From: Candidatus Omnitrophota bacterium | GTDB taxonomy: Bacteria > Omnitrophota > Omnitrophia > Omnitrophales > Aquincolibacteriaceae | Length of the DNA stretch: 64,000 nt | NCBI GenBank assembly: GCA_043808175.1 | Contig: JAZDFE010000002.1 | Span: 4,906-68,905, forward strand | Reading direction: 5' to 3' | Shown here: positions 9,622 through 18,925 of the stretch, piece by piece | Layout of the letters: each line of letters starts with the position of its first letter | Numbering within the stretch: the stretch's first letter is position 1 | Program-made: the position numbers and the translations under genes | Notes under the pieces: model-generated | What the model was told of the DNA's origin: nothing | The model's database searches: none | What the model saw: the letters and a program-made list of their open reading frames with translations, nothing else

Positions 9622-12171
9622 CTATCGGGGATTGGAACCCTGTGGGGAAATAAGTTCTTCTATTTTTTTCTCGAGAGTGAGCAAGGTTGCTTCTAAGCGC
9701 CGGGAATGGGCCTGGGCTTTCACATGGGACCTTCTCTCTTCCTCGAGTTTTTCTTCCAGGGTCTTTTGGGTGATCTCTTTTTCGTTCAAAAGCTCTTCTT
9801 TTTCTCGGATCGCCTTCGTCAACGCCTCCAGGATGCGGATTTTTTCATCTCGTTCTTCCTTCATCTTTTCTTTTTCGCTTTCGACGTCGGCGCATCGTTT
9901 CCGGACGTCTCTCGTTTGAACCTCGGCTTGAGCCAAAGCCTCGTCAAGATCTCTGATCTTGGCTAAAGCCTTTTCAGTTTCCTCTCGCTTCGTTTCAATT
10001 TCTTCTGCAAGACGTTCTCTTTCTCGTTCTAAAACCGCGAGCTCCGAGAACCGGTCTTCCAGGTTTTTCCCCAAGGACAGCTTTTCTTCTTCAAGGCACG
10101 CAAGATCTTTCTCAAGACTGTGTCTCTCATTCTCTAATTGCTTTTTTTCGTCCTCTAAAGCAGAAAGGGCGGCACGGCTCTCCTCCGAGGCTTCCTCAAA
10201 CTCACGGATCCGGGCCTTCAAAGTCTCGGACTCGTCCTCTTTCTTTCCAAGATCCTTCTCAAGACGGGTCCGCACTGCCTCCAAAACTTCTAATGCCTGC
10301 GCTTTCTCGTTCCCGGCCTTTATTAAAGCTTCCTTCTCTTGCTCCAAACGATCCTTCTCGGACCGCAAAACATCAGAACCCTCGTGCGCTCCCTCCAGAT
10401 CCTTCTCCAAGCCCTCGATCTTCCCCCTCAACTCCTCCAAGGTCTCGCCCGATTCGCGGAGGTCCTCTCTCAACTGAAGGGCTTCCTTACCCCTCGCGGA
10501 AAGCTCTGTCCTCAGGAATTTTCGCTCATCCTCAAGCTGGCTCTTCTCTTCCTCCAACTCAAGACGCGCTCTCTCATGCGCTTCCACGATCATACGGTGT
10601 TTCTCAATCAGTGCGGCGGCGCTCGCTTCCCCGGCCTTGACCTCCGCCTCCGTCTCAGCGCGTTTTATTTCTAACGCCTGCAACTCCTCCCACAACCGCG
10701 CTGCCTCAGCCACCTTCGTCGCAAGTTCCTTCGATAACTGATCCTTTTCATCCTCTGATTGTTTTTTGTCATCCTCTAAAGCAGAAAGGGCGGCACGGCT
10801 CTTCTCCGAGGCTTCCTCAAACTCACGGATCCGGACCTTCAAAATCTCGGACTCTTTCTCCTTCTTACTGAGATCCTTCTCCAGATCTTTCCGCACTGCC
10901 TCCAAAACTTCTAATGCCTTCGCTTTCTCCTCACCCGACTTTAACAACACTGCCTGCTCACGTTCCAATCGTTCCTTCTCCTGTTCCAAACGTTCCTTCT
11001 CGGACCGCAAAACATCAGAACCCTCGTGCGCTCCCTCCAGATCCTTCTCTAAGCCCTCGATCTTCCCCCTCAACTCCTCCAAGGTCTCGCCCGATTCGCG
11101 GAGGTCCTCTCTCAACTGAAGGGCTTCCTTACCCTTCGCGGAAAGCTCCGCCTTCAGGGATTTCCTCTCACTCTCAAGTCCGCTCTTCTCTTCCTCTAAC
11201 TCAAGACGTTCTCTCTCATGCGTTTCCACGGCCATACGGTGTTTCTCGGTCAACTCTGCGGCGTACGCTTCCCCGGCCTTGACCTCAGCTTCCGTCTCAG
11301 CGTGTCTTGCCTCCAACGCCTGCAACTCCTCCCACAACCGCGCTGCCTCAGTCACCTTCGTCGCAAGTTCCTTCGATAACTGATCCTTTTCATTCTCTGA
11401 TTGTTTTTTGTCATCTTCTAAAGCAGAAAGGGCGGCACGGCTCTTCTCAGAGGCTTCCTCAAACTCACGGATCCGGGCCTTCAAAGTCTCGGACTCTTCC
11501 TCCTTCTTACTGAGATCCTTCTCAAGACGGGCACGGACTTCCTCCAAGGCCGCCAACGCCTTGGCTTTCTTTTCGAAGTTTTGTATTTGCGCATGAGCGG
11601 TCTTGATCTCCGCCTCAAGCTCGGCCGCCCTTTTCCTTGCTTTTTCCTCGTCGCCGCGTACTTGTTTGATCACTTCGATAAGCAGGGCATTCTCTTTTTC
11701 CAAAGGTTTTTTCTTATTTTCTCCATCAGCAACTTTTATCTTCAGGGTTTCTGCATGAGCCTTTTTTTCCGCCGCCAGCTCCGCTTCGAACTCCTCACAT
11801 CTCTTTTTCAGCTCTTCAATGCGGGCCTCCAAGAGCTTTCTCTCAACCCCCGCCTTATCCGCCCCGTCGGATGTCAGATATTCATTTTTATTTTCGTGAA
11901 GAAATTGCGCGGGCGAGCCGAGCGAATACACTTTGGAGGGGGGAGGCACTTGGGACGGACCGGGGTCGTTGGACGATCCCTTCTTTTTTTCCAGGACATC
12001 CATGAGGTCCATAAGCTCTACCAGATTGATCTTCGGAGGAGCTCCCGAGGCCTCACCCTTCAGCGAGTCGCGTTGCTTGGAATAATATCCGATCAAAGCA
12101 TCTGCGATCGCATTCGGAAGACGTCCGCTCTTCACCAATTTGTGGATTTGTTCCTCAAAAGAACTTGTCAT
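9622..12171 (-). CDS. long coiled-coil protein with 214-aa tandem repeats (function unknown)
   Basis: 849 aa, E/K/L/A-rich heptad pattern almost throughout, with no catalytic motif. The N-terminal ~100 aa are non-coiled. Confidence 0.8.
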   Translation of the reverse strand: MTSSFEEQIHKLVKSGRLPNAIADALIGYYSKQRDSLKGEASGAPPKINLVELMDLMDVLEKKKGSSNDPGPSQVPPPSKVYSLGSPAQFLHENKNEYLTSDGADKAGVERKLLEARIEELKKRCEEFEAELAAEKKAHAETLKIKVADGENKKKPLEKENALLIEVIKQVRGDEEKARKRAAELEAEIKTAHAQIQNFEKKAKALAALEEVRARLEKDLSKKEEESETLKARIREFEEASEKSRAALSALEDDKKQSENEKDQLSKELATKVTEAARLWEELQALEARHAETEAEVKAGEAYAAELTEKHRMAVETHERERLELEEEKSGLESERKSLKAELSAKGKEALQLREDLRESGETLEELRGKIEGLEKDLEGAHEGSDVLRSEKERLEQEKERLEREQAVLLKSGEEKAKALEVLEAVRKDLEKDLSKKEKESEILKVRIREFEEASEKSRAALSALEDDKKQSEDEKDQLSKELATKVAEAARLWEELQALEIKRAETEAEVKAGEASAAALIEKHRMIVEAHERARLELEEEKSQLEDERKFLRTELSARGKEALQLREDLRESGETLEELRGKIEGLEKDLEGAHEGSDVLRSEKDRLEQEKEALIKAGNEKAQALEVLEAVRTRLEKDLGKKEDESETLKARIREFEEASEESRAALSALEDEKKQLENERHSLEKDLACLEEEKLSLGKNLEDRFSELAVLERERERLAEEIETKREETEKALAKIRDLDEALAQAEVQTRDVRKRCADVESEKEKMKEERDEKIRILEALTKAIREKEELLNEKEITQKTLEEKLEEERRSHVKAQAHSRRLEATLLTLEKKIEELISPQGSNPR
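10100..11600. repeat. about 2.4 copies of a 642-bp tandem repeat inside the coiled-coil gene
   Basis: Shadow ORFs 10293/10914 and 10766/11408 repeat at a 642-nt offset. Protein blocks ...LSKKE.ESE.LK.RIREFEEASEKSRAALSALEDDKKQSE.EKDQLSKELATKV.EAARLWEELQALE... recur three times. Confidence 0.85.
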
Positions 12172-12332
12172 TTTAAACTTTCCTGGCGCAAAACATCCGG
12201 ACCTCGAACGGAGCGCCGGACACGCTAAAACACCGCTTCACTGAAAAAACCCTCTCTTGTTACCCCGCTCAACCTGCCCTCCGCATAAGCGGGACCTTTT
12301 TACAGCCACTTCGTGTTTTCCTCCGGTGGGTG

Positions 12333-13478
12333 CTATTTTTTTTTCGGGAACGATTCCAAGTAATGCTTAACAACAAGACACTTCTTTTCATGCTCACGAA
12401 TGATCGCTTCGATGAGCATGTCACGGGCTTCCTCCGTCAAATTTTCAGGGCCGACAGGTTCCTCGCCTATCATTTTAGACACATCATTGGTTCTCGAAAA
12501 GATCGCCCTTGCCCATTCCCCCTCGTTACACCTACCCAGCAGATACAGAACAGTCATCACAAACTGACCCCCGTTGAGACTGCCCAAGTTAACAAGCGCT
12601 GATTTCTGGGGGCCTGTGAAACCGGAAACGATCTCCTGAAACAGGTTGATAATTTTCCTCCAGTCTTCGCCCGTATAAAGGTCCCATGCATTAAGAGAAA
12701 GCCCGCGTTCCTGTAAAAAGAACTTCACTTTTTGCTGTTGCATCTCTTGATAGAGTGAGGAAACAGGGTACCCGGCCGCAGGCTCAAAAATAGGATCTGC
12801 ACGCAACCAACCCAGAAGATCTTGAGAAAGGTCATCCCCTTTATCCGCGAGATCCCTTTCTGAGGAAGCTAAAAGATACGCGCTAAAAATGCGGGGCTGG
12901 ATGATCACCCCATTTTCAACGAGCAGATCTCCTTGCCCTTTGAAATCAGCTATGATTCTCTCAAACAACGCTTTTGTTTCCGACTCGATCACATGGCCTT
13001 GAAAACTCTTGATGAGACCTTCACCGACCTGCAGACAATATTTACCTTCCCGGCTGATCAACTTCGCATCTTGGAGGGGCACCGCTTTCAAAAGCCCTTC
13101 CCGGATCATTTCCTGCAAAACTTTCTGTCGATTATCCAGTGCGGTCCGCATGCTCGGGTCCATTTGGAGCGCCGCATCAAAACATTTGAGCGCATCTTTG
13201 AACTTTTCGTTTTTCGACAACAAAGAGCCTTGATCGACCAGCGCGCGCTTATGCAAAAAATTGCAATGCAATGCTTCTTCGTAACATTCAAAGGCTTTGC
13301 CCGGATTTCCAAGTCTGTCGTGACAGCGACCCAGATCCACCCAGGCCTTTTCATTGTCGCCGTGAATGGCTAACGCCCTTTCATAACATGACTTGGCCTT
13401 TCCCCAGGCCTTGTTTTTGAAAAACTCAAGAGCTTCTTTCATGAATTTTTCGCATCCGCACCCCGATTCCTCATGCAT
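12333..13478 (-). CDS. TPR-repeat protein with unassigned C-terminal domain
   Basis: N-terminal TPR units (AWVDLGRCHDRLGNPGKAFECYEEAL; KDALKCFDAALQMDP). I recognise no motif in the remaining ~250 aa. Confidence 0.7.
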   Translation of the reverse strand: MHEESGCGCEKFMKEALEFFKNKAWGKAKSCYERALAIHGDNEKAWVDLGRCHDRLGNPGKAFECYEEALHCNFLHKRALVDQGSLLSKNEKFKDALKCFDAALQMDPSMRTALDNRQKVLQEMIREGLLKAVPLQDAKLISREGKYCLQVGEGLIKSFQGHVIESETKALFERIIADFKGQGDLLVENGVIIQPRIFSAYLLASSERDLADKGDDLSQDLLGWLRADPIFEPAAGYPVSSLYQEMQQQKVKFFLQERGLSLNAWDLYTGEDWRKIINLFQEIVSGFTGPQKSALVNLGSLNGGQFVMTVLYLLGRCNEGEWARAIFSRTNDVSKMIGEEPVGPENLTEEARDMLIEAIIREHEKKCLVVKHYLESFPKKK

Positions 13479-13632
13479 GGGCTCCCCCCTTTTCTTAAAT
13501 AGGTAACAAAACGTTGAATGGCTTAACGATCCTTCCGGACTCCCTGGCCATGGCTATTGTACTGGATAGTGGAACGCATGAAAAGGTATCCGGCCATAAA
13601 AATTTCCGCGTTTCCGGGAGGAAAAAGGGCTC

Positions 13633-14661
13633 TCATTCTGACCTCAGCCCTTTTTGCCACACCCAGCTGCTCGAGAGGGCGTCTTCCAACGACAGCTTCG
13701 CGCTCCAGCGCAGTTCTTTTTTCGCTTTGCCGACCGCAGCGTAGATCTTCTTGATATCGCCGGAACGGCGCGGGGCGATCTTGTGAGGCACCTTCACGCC
13801 TGTCACTTTTTCGAATGTCCGGAGGATCTCAAGAACGCTGTGTCCGCGGCCTGTGCCGATATTAAAAACATCGTAGAACGTCCGCTCGCGCTTTTTCTCC
13901 AGATACATCAACGCCCGGACATGGGCCCCGGCGAGGTCCATCACATGGATGTAATCCCGGATGCATGTTCCGTCGGGTGTCGGATAATCGTTCCCGTACA
14001 CTTGAAGGATCTTGCGGAGACCCGCCGCCGTCTGTGTGAGGAACGGCACGAGGTTCTTCGGGATCCCGAGCGGAAGCTCGCCGATAAGCCCCGAGGGATG
14101 TGCGCCGATGGGATTGAAATAGCGCAAAGAGACCGCCTTCAGGGGCGCGCCGCTCTGGATGAACGTCTCGAGCATCCGTTCTGCGATCTTTTTTGTTTCT
14201 CCGTAAGGGGATGCCGTTTTTTTGACCGGAGCGTTCTCGCGGACGGGAAGTTTGTCGGGATCGCCGTAAACCGTACAGGAGGAGGAAAAAACGAAATTCG
14301 GCACCCGGTATTGCTCGGTCGCTGTGAGCATCGTCAGCATACCGCCAAGGTTATTGCGATAATACCGGAGAGGCTGGGACACCGACTCCTCCACCGCCTT
14401 AAGCGCCGCGAAATGGATGATGCCGTGAAAATGCCCTTCCTTTTTGAAAACCCGGGCCACGTCCCCGGGGGCCGCGCAGTCGCCGGTATGCAAAGGCACG
14501 TTCCGCCCCGTGATCTTCCGGACCCTTGCGACGATGAACCTTTCGGAATTCGAGAAATTATCCAGGATCACGGGCTCGTAGCCCGCGCGAACCAACTCGA
14601 CCACAGTATGCGATCCGATATAACCCGCTCCGCCGGTCACCAGTATTTTCTTCGCTCTCAT
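13633..14661 (-). CDS. galE: UDP-glucose 4-epimerase
   Basis: ORF trimmed to the ATG at 14661 (MRAKKILVTGGAGYIGSH, Rossmann GxxGxxG). SPYGETKK catalytic YxxxK. Collinear with GalE over the full length. Confidence 0.9.
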   Translation of the reverse strand: MRAKKILVTGGAGYIGSHTVVELVRAGYEPVILDNFSNSERFIVARVRKITGRNVPLHTGDCAAPGDVARVFKKEGHFHGIIHFAALKAVEESVSQPLRYYRNNLGGMLTMLTATEQYRVPNFVFSSSCTVYGDPDKLPVRENAPVKKTASPYGETKKIAERMLETFIQSGAPLKAVSLRYFNPIGAHPSGLIGELPLGIPKNLVPFLTQTAAGLRKILQVYGNDYPTPDGTCIRDYIHVMDLAGAHVRALMYLEKKRERTFYDVFNIGTGRGHSVLEILRTFEKVTGVKVPHKIAPRRSGDIKKIYAAVGKAKKELRWSAKLSLEDALSSSWVWQKGLRSE

Positions 14662-14832
14662 GGGATCTCCCGTCTCAATAGTATCATAAGACGCCCCATT
14701 CTTGAACTCTGTTACGCGCATGGGGAGCCTATTCCGAAAGGGTAGGATCGCCGAGCAGCGGCAAACAAAAAGGGCACATCCCCGGTCACCCCTTCTATAG
14801 AAAATATTATCATTCCCCATTCCGAGGTCTCT

Positions 14833-14868
14833 AAAAACACGAAAACCACCGGGGTTATCCCCTGGTGG
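14833..14868 (-). terminator. intrinsic terminator downstream of the TPR gene
   Basis: Hairpin CCACCGGGG-ttat-CCCCTGGTGG. On the minus strand it is followed by TTTTCGTGTTTTT. Confidence 0.55.
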
Positions 14869-14890
14869 CCTTTTGTGTTACTGTGTTTCC

Positions 14891-15004
14891 AGGCTGTCCA
14901 TTCGTAGGACGCCATGATTTTCATTAATCAAAAAACGGATAGGGAATCATGACTGTACTAGTTTCTTCATGGTTTCTTTTAATGAATGACAAACCAGTAT
15001 GCCT
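14891..15004. repeat. hairpin-module array (AT-loop family)
   Basis: CGTAGGACGCC leader. Modules CCATGATT..(ttcattaatc)..AATCATGactgtac and GGTTT..(cttttaatgaatgac)..AAACCagtatgcc. Confidence 0.75.
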
Positions 15005-15012
15005 ACTTCTCT

Positions 15013-16284
15013 TTATGGATTGATGGTTGAATTAGCGGATTGGATCGCTTTATAAAGCTTTTGGGCCAGATCTTTGTTTAAATTATTTAATATCGTGTAT
15101 TGTTGCAACGCAGAATCCGTCTCATGAAAAGATAGATGCGACATCCCAAGACCGTAATAGGCCATGGAATTCCGGGCATCCAAGGAGATGGCCTTATTGA
15201 AAGACTCGATCGCTTTTTTGACTTTGCCTTGCTGAAAATAGCTGTTACCCAAACCGACGTAAGCATTAGATTCCTTGGCGTTCAAGGAGATCGCCTTGTT
15301 ATAAAACTCGATCGCTTTTTCGGTATTGCCCTTCTGCACATCGATATTACCCAAACCGACGTAAGCACCGGCACACTTGGCGTCCACGGAGACGGCTTTC
15401 GTGAAAGACTCGATCGCTTTTTCGACCTTGCCCTTCTGAAAATAGATATGCCCTAAACCGACGCTAGCATTGGGATCCTTGGTGCCCAACGAGACGGCCT
15501 TGTTATAAAACTCGATCGCTTTATCGATATTGTTTTGCTGGAAATAGAGGTGGCCCAAACCGACGTAAGCATTAGGCTCCCTGGCGTCCACGGAAATGGC
15601 TTTATTGAAAGATTCGATCGCTTTTCCGGTATTGCCTTGCTGGAAATAGAGCTGACCTAAACCGACGTAAGCACTGGGCTCCTTGGCGTTCAAGGAGATG
15701 GCCTTATTGAAAGACTGAATCGCTCCGTCGATATTGCCTTTCTGGAAATAGAGATGACCCAAACCGACATAAGCGCCGGACTCCTTGGCACCCAAGGAGA
15801 TGGCCTTGTTATAAAACTCGATCGCTTTTTCGGCGTTGTCCTTCCGGGAATAGATGAAAGCCAACCCGACGTAGGCCCCGGAGCATTTGGCGTCCAAGAA
15901 GATGGCCTTATTGAATGATTCGACCGCTTTATCGTCATCGCCTTTCCGGGAATAGACATGACCCAAACCGACGTAAGCGCCGGAACTCTCGGCGTTCAGG
16001 GAAATGGCCTTATTGAAAGACTCGATCGCTTTATCGTCATCGCCTTTCTGAAAATAGAGATTCCCCAAACCGACGTAAGCATTGGAATCCTTGGCATCCA
16101 AAGAGATGGCCTTATTGAAAGACTCGATCGCTTTATTCATGTCGCCCTTTCTCACCGCTTCATTGCCGGCCCTAATAGACTCGCCCGCGTTTGCAGCGTA
16201 ACCGCTCGGATTACCGCAAATAAAAAATGCTGCTTGGGCAAAAAATATCAGGCTTACTAATCCGGAAAAGGAATGTTTTTTCAT
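15013..16284 (-). CDS. secreted TPR-repeat protein (ten near-identical 34-aa units)
   Basis: Trimmed to the ATG at 16284 (MKKHSFSGLVSLIFFAQAAFF signal-like). The unit AIESFNKAISLDAK.SNAYVGLG.LYFQKG...K is reiterated ten times, a 102-bp DNA period. Confidence 0.85.
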   Translation of the reverse strand: MKKHSFSGLVSLIFFAQAAFFICGNPSGYAANAGESIRAGNEAVRKGDMNKAIESFNKAISLDAKDSNAYVGLGNLYFQKGDDDKAIESFNKAISLNAESSGAYVGLGHVYSRKGDDDKAVESFNKAIFLDAKCSGAYVGLAFIYSRKDNAEKAIEFYNKAISLGAKESGAYVGLGHLYFQKGNIDGAIQSFNKAISLNAKEPSAYVGLGQLYFQQGNTGKAIESFNKAISVDAREPNAYVGLGHLYFQQNNIDKAIEFYNKAVSLGTKDPNASVGLGHIYFQKGKVEKAIESFTKAVSVDAKCAGAYVGLGNIDVQKGNTEKAIEFYNKAISLNAKESNAYVGLGNSYFQQGKVKKAIESFNKAISLDARNSMAYYGLGMSHLSFHETDSALQQYTILNNLNKDLAQKLYKAIQSANSTINP

Positions 16285-16524
16285 TTTTGATCCCTCGCAT
16301 AAGTGGTTTGTTGCCAAAGGGAAATCACCGGGTGGCTCTTCCCCGATCCGGGGACGATTTTTTGGAGATAGTATTAAATTCTTTCTTTGCTTCCGCAAGC
16401 ATTTTCTCCCGGCTCATTCTGACCTGCTCCACGGAACGGTGCCGGCACGTTCGAGAGAGTGGCGGGTGATCTTCGGACCCATGATGGGGGCGTTACGCGG
16501 AGGATCCGTTCCAAGTGGATCTTA

Positions 16525-17970
16525 CTACTTATTAAATACTTCCCTAAGGATCGCGTCTGCGATATTTTGAGCTAAAAGCTGGTTGCCTTTTTGAGTGCAA
16601 TGGCCGAATTCTCCGCCGAATATATCCACAAAATACTCTTGATAACCTCCTTTCTTCAGCGCCCCCTTGAATACCTTCTCGTTATCCACAAAAATAAGGC
16701 CATCCTTTATCTCGAACATTCTTTTTAACGGCTCCACATGACGGACAGGATATTGCACGCAAACCAATCTTACGCCTTTTGCATCCAGGAATTCTTTGAG
16801 TTTGCGGTAGTTGTCAACGGTCATAGAACCGACATATTCCAACCTGGCCGCATTCATCTTTTTAGCATATTTTTTTGCCAGTTCCGGTTTGCCGCTTTCT
16901 TCGTAGAGCAATGACAGGGTGTCATAGATACGATCGTTCACAGGATCAAGCTCGACGGCTTTCTTGAAGGCATCGATAGCCTGGGGTAATTTGTCATGGC
17001 TTCGATAAAACCGCCCCAGTTCGATATAGGCATTATTGCTTTCAGGATCAAGCTCGGTGAGTCTCTTGAGCAGTTTTTCGGCTTCGGAGAATTTTCCCTG
17101 GAACCGGTAAAACCCTTCCAATCCTTCAAGCGCGGCATGGTTTCTAGGATTGATCTCGATGGCTTTCTTGTACATGTCTTCGGATTGGGGGAATTTGTTT
17201 TGCTCCCGATAAAGCCATCCTAACTGAAAGTAGGCATTATCGTTCTTAGGATTGAGCTGGATGGCTTTTTTGAATAACTCTTCGGCTTCTTTGAGAAATT
17301 TACCATGCTCTTGATAAAGAAACCCTAAGCTCACGTAGACATTATCGTTTTTAGGTTCAAGTTCGATGGCTTTCTTAAGGGATTTTTCGGCCGCTTGAAA
17401 TTGCTTTTCCTCGTCATCCGTGCTTTCTAATACCACTTGTTTTTTTTCTTCTTTAGGGGCCGCTTGGGTCAGGCGCAACCATAGAAACCTTGCCAGTTTA
17501 TAGATCCTGAGAGACCGGATGAAAAGCGTCCCTCTTGAAGTCGTGGGTGTTTCGATCGGAACATAGTCGCCCCCATCATTGACCCCCATCATCGCAACTA
17601 CCATATCGGGATGATACTCGTCCAAATAAGATTCTACGCGCCTCAAGATAGCGGTGGTATTCGTACCGATCTTGCCTTGATCTATGACGCTGAACCGTAT
17701 CCCGATATTACGCTCGTTCAAGACTTGCTCGAGAAGGTAAGGGTATTTCCCCTGAGTGGTAGACTCCCCTAAACAGAGAATGCGATGGGCACCTTTTTGT
17801 TTTATGGATCGTAAATTCCCGTACTGTTGTACCGATGCCAGAACAAACCCGCCCAGGCGCATTCCCGCCTCAAGAAGTAAAAGAGATAAGACCAAACCCA
17901 ATAGCACGAGGACTGTTTTTTGCCAAGCCGAGGTTGTTATTTGCGAGGATCTTTTCTTATTCATTAGCAC
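16525..17970 (-). CDS. membrane-anchored SGNH/GDSL-like hydrolase with inserted TPR repeats
   Basis: N-terminal TM segment. SGNH block I LCLGESTTQG, block III MGVNDGG, C-terminal FGHCTQKGNQLLA. About five TPR units lie in between (KNDNVYVSLGFLYQEHGKF...). Confidence 0.65.
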   Translation of the reverse strand: MLMNKKRSSQITTSAWQKTVLVLLGLVLSLLLLEAGMRLGGFVLASVQQYGNLRSIKQKGAHRILCLGESTTQGKYPYLLEQVLNERNIGIRFSVIDQGKIGTNTTAILRRVESYLDEYHPDMVVAMMGVNDGGDYVPIETPTTSRGTLFIRSLRIYKLARFLWLRLTQAAPKEEKKQVVLESTDDEEKQFQAAEKSLKKAIELEPKNDNVYVSLGFLYQEHGKFLKEAEELFKKAIQLNPKNDNAYFQLGWLYREQNKFPQSEDMYKKAIEINPRNHAALEGLEGFYRFQGKFSEAEKLLKRLTELDPESNNAYIELGRFYRSHDKLPQAIDAFKKAVELDPVNDRIYDTLSLLYEESGKPELAKKYAKKMNAARLEYVGSMTVDNYRKLKEFLDAKGVRLVCVQYPVRHVEPLKRMFEIKDGLIFVDNEKVFKGALKKGGYQEYFVDIFGGEFGHCTQKGNQLLAQNIADAILREVFNK

Positions 17971-18005
17971 ATTTTATTCGTTGGCGCACGCGACCTCCCC
18001 CGTTC

Positions 18006-18123
18006 ATTGAACCACCGGCAAGTTAGTTTTCTCGGGGATTTGGGTTGTGTCCGCCCAAGCATATTCCTCCGGGGTTAGTTTGTCCAGAGAACTGTGCGGG
18101 CGAACTCGGTTGTGATCGATCCT
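18006..18123 (-). mobile_element. relic of a DDE (rve/integrase-core) transposase C-terminus
   Basis: The reverse frame gives IDHNRVRPHSSLDKLTPEEYAWADTTQIPEKTNLPVVQ*. The (Y)N..RPHSSL...TP.E motif is the conserved end of IS3/IS481-type transposases. A stop lies immediately upstream, so only ~38 codons survive. Confidence 0.6.
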
Positions 18124-18127
18124 TTAT

Positions 18128-18268
18128 CCGTAGGGCGCCATGATTTTCATTAATCGAAAAATAAGGGGTAACCAGGGCAGTCCAAGTCACCCTTTATGAA
18201 AAGAAGATCAAGACTTGGGCTGTACTAGTTTCTTTATTGTTGCTTTTATTAAACGATCAATCGGTACG
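18128..18268. repeat. hairpin-module array (AT-loop family)
   Basis: CGTAGGGCGCCATGATTttcattaatc...; CAAGTC..GACTTGggctgtac; ...tcggtacgc junctions. Confidence 0.7.
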
Positions 18269-18269
18269 C

Positions 18270-18893
18270 TTACTTTTGCGCGAGCTCTTTCAGGACTTTC
18301 AGGGCCTTGTCGTAATCCGGCTCATTGATGTTCTCTTTGACATATTCCACATAGCGCACGTTCCCCCGGGGACCCACGATGAAAATGGCGCGGGAAAGCA
18401 GGCGCATCCCCTTGATCAGCACGCCGTATTTTTCCCCGAAGTCCGCGGTACGATGGTCCGAGAGTGTCCGTACGCCCAGGATCCCGTCGGTCTTGCAAAA
18501 ACGCTTTTGCGCGAACGGCAGGTCCATACTGATAAAAAGAACGGTGACCCCGGGGAAGGTGGACACGGCCTCCTCGTTGAACCGGTGGATCTCCATCCTG
18601 CAGACCATCGTATCCAGCGACGGTACCGAGGCGATGAGCGTGACCTTGCCTTTCAGATCACTCAGCCGAACATCGCTCATGTTGGGCGCCTGTACCACAA
18701 AATCCGGCGCCTTATCCCCGACGGCGATCTCCGGCCCCAGCAGCGTGACGGGCTCCCCTTGCATCGTGGCGACCCCGTTGCGTTCCTGCACAAGAGCGGG
18801 CAATTCCGCGAATACCAGCGAGGACACAAGCCCCAAACACGCCGCCAAGATCCAAACCACTTTCATTTTTCCCGCATGGATTTTTTTCATCAT
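18270..18893 (-). CDS. tpx: thiol peroxidase (Tpx-type peroxiredoxin) with signal peptide
   Basis: SVPSLDTMVCRMEIHRFN (peroxidatic Cys) and FAQKRFCKTDG (resolving Cys). Start moved to the ATG at 18893 next to AGGAG. Confidence 0.88.
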   Translation of the reverse strand: MMKKIHAGKMKVVWILAACLGLVSSLVFAELPALVQERNGVATMQGEPVTLLGPEIAVGDKAPDFVVQAPNMSDVRLSDLKGKVTLIASVPSLDTMVCRMEIHRFNEEAVSTFPGVTVLFISMDLPFAQKRFCKTDGILGVRTLSDHRTADFGEKYGVLIKGMRLLSRAIFIVGPRGNVRYVEYVKENINEPDYDKALKVLKELAQK

Positions 18894-18925
18894 CGCTCCT
18901 TTTCTCAACGGATATTGTTCTATGA

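Noticed and set aside
9617-12228. Several Ser/Arg/Pro-rich + strand ORFs inside the coiled-coil gene.
   Set aside because: They are antisense or out-of-frame readings of a GAA/AAG-rich repeat. Their repetition at a 642-nt offset simply mirrors the coding repeat.
13654-14745. A 363-aa + strand ORF opposite galE.
   Set aside because: It lies fully antisense to a gene with clear GalE motifs. Its Arg/His/Asp-rich, low-complexity translation is typical of shadow ORFs in GC-rich third-position-biased genes.
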